Source: a virus (Duplodnaviria > Caudoviricetes). From it: a DNA stretch of 30,260 bases. Under the pieces are notes generated by a model. It searched no databases. It saw only the letters and a program-made list of their open reading frames with translations, and had not been told where the DNA came from. The stretch spans positions 1-30,260 of the IMG/VR virus record IMGVR_UViG_3300038314_000273; one strand, 5' to 3'. Positions 25,092-30,260 of this stretch are shown here, piece after piece. Each line of letters opens with the position of its first letter. Position 1 is the stretch's first letter. A program made the translations under genes and the position numbers.

Positions 25092-27143
25092 TTAGATCTC
25101 TCCCTGTGGTTCCCTGTACTGATTCCTTGTGCGTTGATCTATTCTATTTTGTGGGGCGTTTTGAATCTCATTTAAGCCCTGCGGTGGTGGTACAGCATTA
25201 GTCTGTGTTTGTTGTCCTCCTTGTCCCATAGCTTGTTGCATCATTTGGTTTTGTTGCATTACTTTCTGCATTTCTTCCGGCATAGGCGGTAAGAATTTAG
25301 AAATATCGATACGCTCATCAAATCTAGCAAAAGTCTCTTCTAATAATTGTACATATGGGTTAAATTCATCTGGAACACCAAACGAGCGCATTTGTTGTAC
25401 CAATTCTATGTTTTGCATGATGATCGGCATTAATTCAATCCAACGCATTCTTTCTTCGTTGGTATCTGGCATGCCTGTGCTACCCGCTGCTATATCTATA
25501 AAAACAGAGTCATATAATTGCTGCTTGTTTAATATCGGCCAAAATGCTTGAGGGCCAGCTATTTCCATAGCTTTTTGGGGTTGTATCTCTTGCAATAGTA
25601 TCTCTGCAGCGAACCAGCCTAATTCTTTTAACCAGTCTTCAGTTTGATCGACTTTCTCTGCAATGCGTGTTGCCAAGCCAGCTTGTTGAATGTTAGCTTC
25701 TGTAGCTGTTTTGGCCCGATTTACACCGCCTCGTTGAGCATCACCCAAACCACTAATCCACTCCATATCTGTTCTCAACGGAGCAGTATCATATACTTGG
25801 GGATTCATAGGCGGCGGAACTGCAGGTTGAAAAACAGTATTAACGTTTTGACCTGATGCGTTAATTAAAGCGATTTCACCAATAGCAGCATTGCTAAAAA
25901 CCTCAATATCTTCATAGTTTACACGTGAAGCATCGGCAACAAAAAATGGTGCAGATAATTCTCGATGCTTAGAGTGTTGTGTACGTATGGTATTATATTC
26001 GTCTTGTAATGATAACAAAAGTTCTGTTTCAGATATTGGCCATTCTTGACCATCTACCCAGTTCAAACCAAGCAAAAAGAATGGGAAAAACTTCTCACCC
26101 AACCTGTTTGGATGAAATGGCTCTTTTAACCATTTCTTACCGCCCTCTGCGAATGTAAACACGGTTTGCGCTGTTCTATCCCAGTACTCCCAAACAGCTA
26201 CTGCCAGATTAACATCTTCTGTGCTATTAGCTTGTACAGCATCATCTCTTGTCAATCTATTCAATATACCAGCATCTGTTCTACGGTATATTGTAAATTC
26301 TTCTACCTCTTTTTTAGATATCTGGAATCTGTCCATAACATCAGATGGTGTCATCCATGTTACGTTAGCCATCCACTGTGCTGATTGATATTCTTGAAGG
26401 GTATCTAGTGAGGTATCCATACGGAAATCTTCTGGACGCACAAAGCCAAGATTCAAACCTTCTCGTTGCATAACCTCTACGCGATCTTGCAACCCGAGCA
26501 TTGTCTCTTTAACTTCCTCTATCAACTCATCTTTTTCGCCGCCATATGTATCATTTGCCATTAACTCCCTTACATCTGACTGCAATCGAGCTAAACTATC
26601 TTGTGCGTCGTTGAATTGTCGGCTTACAAGTGGGTCTTTATAGTAATCACGTTGGTATGTTACCTTAACTATACCAATTTTACTGGTCATGCATGATCTT
26701 ATAACTTGCTTTGCTACTTTCTTAAGATCTGCTTTCTTGAGCGACTCATTCAAAACTGTCTCTAATGTTGCAGAGAATAAATCAGCCACCCTATATTCAG
26801 AACTACCAGCTTCTACATATTTATGTGGACGAATTCTTATCTCAGGATTCTTAGCATAAATATGAGGTAATAAGCCTTGAAGCGTTGCGTGTATAATGTT
26901 ACCCTTTATCGAGCGACCGCCCTCTTGCATATTCTGAGAGGGGACCATTGTGATAGATCGAGGGTTTAACTTACCTAACGCATAAACACGATTATGCTCT
27001 ATTTCTTTGTAATACTTCTTCCACTTTTTGTATGAGAGGCTAATATTCTTTTGACACTTCTTGAGCATGCCACTAGCATCGGACGGAATGTTACTCCCAA
27101 CGCCTGACTCTACATTTACTGATAATATACCTAGATCGGCCAT
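25092..27143 (-). CDS. Portal protein, 683 aa
   Basis: Directly after the terminase; N.IHATLQ.LLPHIYAKNP, GIVKV.Y, V.PEDF..D, VWEYWD, KTATEA.I motifs; Gln/Pro-rich tail. Confidence 0.9.
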   Translation of the reverse strand: MADLGILSVNVESGVGSNIPSDASGMLKKCQKNISLSYKKWKKYYKEIEHNRVYALGKLNPRSITMVPSQNMQEGGRSIKGNIIHATLQGLLPHIYAKNPEIRIRPHKYVEAGSSEYRVADLFSATLETVLNESLKKADLKKVAKQVIRSCMTSKIGIVKVTYQRDYYKDPLVSRQFNDAQDSLARLQSDVRELMANDTYGGEKDELIEEVKETMLGLQDRVEVMQREGLNLGFVRPEDFRMDTSLDTLQEYQSAQWMANVTWMTPSDVMDRFQISKKEVEEFTIYRRTDAGILNRLTRDDAVQANSTEDVNLAVAVWEYWDRTAQTVFTFAEGGKKWLKEPFHPNRLGEKFFPFFLLGLNWVDGQEWPISETELLLSLQDEYNTIRTQHSKHRELSAPFFVADASRVNYEDIEVFSNAAIGEIALINASGQNVNTVFQPAVPPPMNPQVYDTAPLRTDMEWISGLGDAQRGGVNRAKTATEANIQQAGLATRIAEKVDQTEDWLKELGWFAAEILLQEIQPQKAMEIAGPQAFWPILNKQQLYDSVFIDIAAGSTGMPDTNEERMRWIELMPIIMQNIELVQQMRSFGVPDEFNPYVQLLEETFARFDERIDISKFLPPMPEEMQKVMQQNQMMQQAMGQGGQQTQTNAVPPPQGLNEIQNAPQNRIDQRTRNQYREPQGEI

Positions 27144-28576
27144 GATTCATTCCTATCGTATAGTTCGTCTATTTTAGTCAACCACTCAAAAGTAAATCGC
27201 TTAGGTGCTGCGGGTTTGGGCTTTGGTTTCACACTTCTTGCCCGTCTCAACATTAATCCATATCGCGTCGCGTCAAACAAATGGTCTTCGGCAGATGTAT
27301 CAATATCTTCCACTCTCTTGGGGTCAGCAGGTAAAGACGGCACCGTACGTAACCAATGCTTGCACGTGTTGAAAACTTTAAGGTTATTATTTGCCAAGCG
27401 GTCCACAATTTCTTGCAAGCCCTGCACTCTAGATCCTGGACCTTTTGCGCTAGACTCCCACATAATACCGTAATCAGCAAAAACATCTGCAACGCTTTTC
27501 TGGCGACCGTCTCGCATAAAAATCGCTGAATCGGCCACATTACTTTTGAATTTAATCTTGAGTTTTTTCTCACTACTTTCAGCTTCATTAATCTCCCTGG
27601 CGATCTCCTCTATCGGGGTTTCACTTCCTTTGTTAGGTTTAGAGCTCCAATAACGCTCTTTGTAGATATAGATTATACCATCATAGTCTTGCGTAAACCA
27701 GACACATCCAGCTGGAGATTTATACCCATGATCGTATGCTTTCCACCGTTTCCATTCTAATGGTATTTTAAAAGGTTCAATAACATGTTTTGTTGGATCC
27801 CAAACGCCTTCAAAGAAAGCACCCGGTGCTATGTTCCAATCACCATCTAACCATGCTTTTACGAGCCATTCTGGTCCACTCTTTTTGATTCTTTCAACGT
27901 AACCCGGATCATTCTCCATCAGAGGAGTGTTATCTTGTATCTTAGACGGAATAAAAATCGATTCCCCGTCTTGAGTATCGATATATCTTTCTTTTACCCA
28001 GTTATGTCCTGGCCCGCCTGGGTTAGCAGAAGCTCGGAATAGCACAGGTACGCCAGCAGCAGAACGCATCGTAGCCTGTAGCATATCGATAGGTTCTGGC
28101 GATGGCCAGTTCCCGAGTTCGTCAAAACCTAGGAAAGTTACCGAAAACCCCTGAAGCTTCATAGCATCGGAATCCTCGTCTAGGTGTTTCAACTGTAGCA
28201 CGGATCCGCTGGGAGAGACCCATTTTCGCTCCCCGACTTTCCATTCCCAACCTTCTTGCACGAAGACATACTGACCCAGTTTCACCAACTCACCAGTCTC
28301 TGGGAATGACCTGCGGAACAGAAGGCCTTGCGCCTCACGTCCGTACTTCTCTGCATGCTTGCGAAATGCTAGAAGCATTCCAACACTTTTTGAACCTCCT
28401 CGCGCTCCGCCAAACAGTATATGAGGATGCTCACTATCAACAAACTTCCTCTGTGGACCATCGAGTGCTGTCCAGCGAGTCTTCCGCGCCTCCATGCGTC
28501 GTTGCATTTCTGATAATAATAAAGCACGGATTTCCTCCTTTGGGAGGCCATTTGCTAATGCAATGGAAAGACTCAC
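27131..28576 (-). CDS. terL: Terminase large subunit, 481 aa
   Basis: Walker A FGGARGGSKS, Walker B LGFDE, ASANPGGPGHNWVK motif, nuclease acidic residues (AYDHG, ADSA, EDHLFDATRY). Confidence 0.95.
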   Translation of the reverse strand: MSLSIALANGLPKEEIRALLLSEMQRRMEARKTRWTALDGPQRKFVDSEHPHILFGGARGGSKSVGMLLAFRKHAEKYGREAQGLLFRRSFPETGELVKLGQYVFVQEGWEWKVGERKWVSPSGSVLQLKHLDEDSDAMKLQGFSVTFLGFDELGNWPSPEPIDMLQATMRSAAGVPVLFRASANPGGPGHNWVKERYIDTQDGESIFIPSKIQDNTPLMENDPGYVERIKKSGPEWLVKAWLDGDWNIAPGAFFEGVWDPTKHVIEPFKIPLEWKRWKAYDHGYKSPAGCVWFTQDYDGIIYIYKERYWSSKPNKGSETPIEEIAREINEAESSEKKLKIKFKSNVADSAIFMRDGRQKSVADVFADYGIMWESSAKGPGSRVQGLQEIVDRLANNNLKVFNTCKHWLRTVPSLPADPKRVEDIDTSAEDHLFDATRYGLMLRRARSVKPKPKPAAPKRFTFEWLTKIDELYDRNESWPI

Positions 28577-29199
28577 GATGCCACGCCGTCAACTTCAAAA
28601 AAGGTTACTGTATTATCTGGGCATGGTATCAAATGGGTGGTCACAGTAGAGGATTGCGAAGAATATCCTTGGTAAACGCGTTGAGTAGTTTGGGTCCACA
28701 CGTTAAAAACTTCTGTGTTCTTGTTGTATTCTATATTTGACACAGTACCAAATAAAATCTCTGTAATAGGTAAGACACCAACAGTATGCGTTACCGCAGT
28801 CGTACCCTTTACACCACGTAAGGCGCTGGATGTTAACGTCAATTCGTCATAACCACTCACACTAGAACCGGCCGGTGTAATGCTCGTATATTGAATCACT
28901 TCGTCTTCTATTAAAACATAACCTGTGGGAGCGATGGCACTTAAAGAGTTCACAGAGCCTGTAGGGCTATTAGTTACAGGAATAGACGTTGCTGTTGCAT
29001 TTATGGTAGCCTGTAATAATAATAATTCAGGTACCAAACCTTGTGATCCTATAACAGAATAAAAATCCCCGTTAAGGGATATGGTCCCAACGTCAGCACC
29101 TGCTGACCAAGCCTGTTCGTTTATATAAGTAATAACGTCTTTGGAACCTTTACCATACGCAGGAACAATCAGCTTAGTGATGTTCTTTATAATAGCCAT
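28573..29199 (-). CDS. Hypothetical protein with a virion-type beta domain, 208 aa
   Basis: L.ATINATATSIPV......GYVLIEDEVIQYT......LT...RGV.GTTA..H..G pattern, which I recognise from phage structural proteins. Confidence 0.6.
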   Translation of the reverse strand: MAIIKNITKLIVPAYGKGSKDVITYINEQAWSAGADVGTISLNGDFYSVIGSQGLVPELLLLQATINATATSIPVTNSPTGSVNSLSAIAPTGYVLIEDEVIQYTSITPAGSSVSGYDELTLTSSALRGVKGTTAVTHTVGVLPITEILFGTVSNIEYNKNTEVFNVWTQTTQRVYQGYSSQSSTVTTHLIPCPDNTVTFFEVDGVAS

Positions 29200-29202
29200 T
29201 GC

Positions 29203-29556
29203 TTAATAGTTTTCACCACCATATCGAACCGTAGATTTTTTATCGAATTCAAAGGGATCATCGTCAACATACTTGACTTCTTTCTCTGGCTTTTTCTTCA
29301 TTTTAGGTGGATGATGATCGCCTGGTTTAGTTTGACCAGTACCTTTCACGCCAGGTGTATGACCAGATCTAGCTGGAGATTTAGTTCCTGGTTTTATACT
29401 CTTTGTTTCTCTAGGCATCATGTATCCACCTCTTGCAGCTTCTCCAGACTTTTTCTTTATAAAATCTCTCGCTTGTTGTCTACCTAGTGCGGTATAAGCA
29501 AATTCTATTTTCTTATTAGATTGGGTCCCCGGATCAAAATATTCTACCATTGGCAT
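29203..29556 (-). CDS. Basic hypothetical protein, 117 aa
   Basis: AGGAG Shine-Dalgarno; F.YT..G...A motif; Lys/Pro-rich tail. Confidence 0.65.
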   Translation of the reverse strand: MPMVEYFDPGTQSNKKIEFAYTALGRQQARDFIKKKSGEAARGGYMMPRETKSIKPGTKSPARSGHTPGVKGTGQTKPGDHHPPKMKKKPEKEVKYVDDDPFEFDKKSTVRYGGENY

Positions 29557-29567
29557 AATGTGTTCTC

Positions 29568-29765
29568 CTATGCTACCTGCATATTTGGGTATTTTCGTTT
29601 TACTGCTGCTGTTACCCGCTTCTTCAATGCAGGTGTTCCATGCTGCTCGACCCGCGCTAGGGCGTTTCGACCATGACTAGCATCATTAATTGGATAGCTG
29701 CGGTCTGGTCCCGCAAAGTCTTTCGCTGGTAGTGCTGCTCTATCTGCTGTACTTAATTTAGCCAT
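29568..29765 (-). CDS. Small basic phage protein resembling DUF6582, 65 aa
   Basis: L....R.ALP..DFA.P.R.YPI.D.SH.RNALARV.Q pattern, recalled as DUF6582-like. Confidence 0.65.
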   Translation of the reverse strand: MAKLSTADRAALPAKDFAGPDRSYPINDASHGRNALARVEQHGTPALKKRVTAAVKRKYPNMQVA

Positions 29766-29768
29766 AGT

Positions 29769-30260
29769 TTATATCCAACCCCTTTCTCTTGCTCGTATAA
29801 CTTCTTCTTCAGGCGTTAACCAACGTGTTCCTCCGTAACTATCTGGGGTTGTTCTCAAACCTTCGTAAACATCGTCACCATAAAACCTTCTTAAATCCGA
29901 TTCATGAGCAGCTTTGTCATAGCCCCAACCAGCCAAACCAACACCAGATGTAGGATAGCGATAACCACCAATTCCACCTGTTCCAGTTATCGTATAATCA
30001 TCTGGAAGAAAAGCATATTTCGCTGCTGAAAGGTGTTCTATACCAGACAATTCAGGCATTTCCCACGCCGCTGTTGCCTTGTCCCCAGGCGCCGGCATTC
30101 TGCCAATAAAACGACCTCGCTCTAAAGAGGCTGGGTGTCTACCCGAAGCTGCCCAAGCTTCAGGAGTATCACGCCAAAAACTACCGCTTGGGGTTAAGCC
30201 GGTAATACCTCTTATCCATTCGTCGGCGGCCTCGTCGGTCGATACTGTATCAAAGCTAAA
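29769..30260 (-). CDS. Hypothetical protein, probably 5'-truncated by the window edge
   Basis: The frame of the 109-aa track ORF stays open from 30098 to the last base (…FSFDTVSTDEAADEWIRGITGLTPSGSFWRDTPEAWAASGRHPASLERGRFIGRMPAPG…), so the real start may lie outside the window. Confidence 0.6.
   Translation of the reverse strand, partial: FSFDTVSTDEAADEWIRGITGLTPSGSFWRDTPEAWAASGRHPASLERGRFIGRMPAPGDKATAAWEMPELSGIEHLSAAKYAFLPDDYTITGTGGIGGYRYPTSGVGLAGWGYDKAAHESDLRRFYGDDVYEGLRTTPDSYGGTRWLTPEEEVIRARERGWI

Noticed and set aside
14688-28551. Short alternative-frame minus-strand ORFs 14688..14879, 18284..18502, 27253..27588 and 28369..28551
   Set aside because: Nested in well-supported genes, without Shine-Dalgarno, coupling or distinctive composition, unlike the Cys-rich ORF at 12233.
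30-28740. All plus-strand ORFs in the track (e.g. 4122..4616, 9487..9915, 14903..15193, 28306..28740)
   Set aside because: They lie antisense to long, coupled minus-strand genes, show typical shadow composition (Ser/Ala/Leu-rich, or Pro-rich opposite Gly-rich genes) and have no recognisable motifs.
1-30260. CRISPR array, tRNA/rRNA genes, integrase or IS element, stop-codon recoding
   Set aside because: No regularly spaced repeats, cloverleaf or recombinase/transposase motifs were seen; coding density leaves almost no room; genes are intact under the standard code with all three stop codons in use.

Overview
The window is the late (virion morphogenesis) region of a tailed dsDNA phage with podovirus-like organisation; the gene families resemble those of uncultured marine phages, but the host cannot be read from the sequence. 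Essentially all credible genes are on the minus strand and tightly coupled. Reading right to left: small hypotheticals, terminase large subunit, portal, scaffold, major capsid protein plus terminator, head-tail adaptor, an ~8 kb array of modular tail-fibre-like and small partner genes, a cluster of small membrane genes containing an IscA/HesB Fe-S carrier gene, a tail nozzle-like protein, three candidate internal virion proteins, and a giant ORF of at least 2290 codons that runs off the left edge and is missing from the ORF track. The most interesting signals are: (1) a region just downstream of iscA where all three minus-strand frames look coding, including a 9-Cys metallothionein-like peptide overprinted on a lipoprotein-like ORF; (2) a zincin motif plus three recurring [DN][VI][VL][YFH]SK motifs in the giant protein, suggesting a self-processing injected polyprotein; (3) two tandem pseudoknot-like elements of identical topology in the capsid leader; (4) a combinatorial, possibly branched, fibre array. 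All family assignments are from motif recognition and gene order only; no database search was run.
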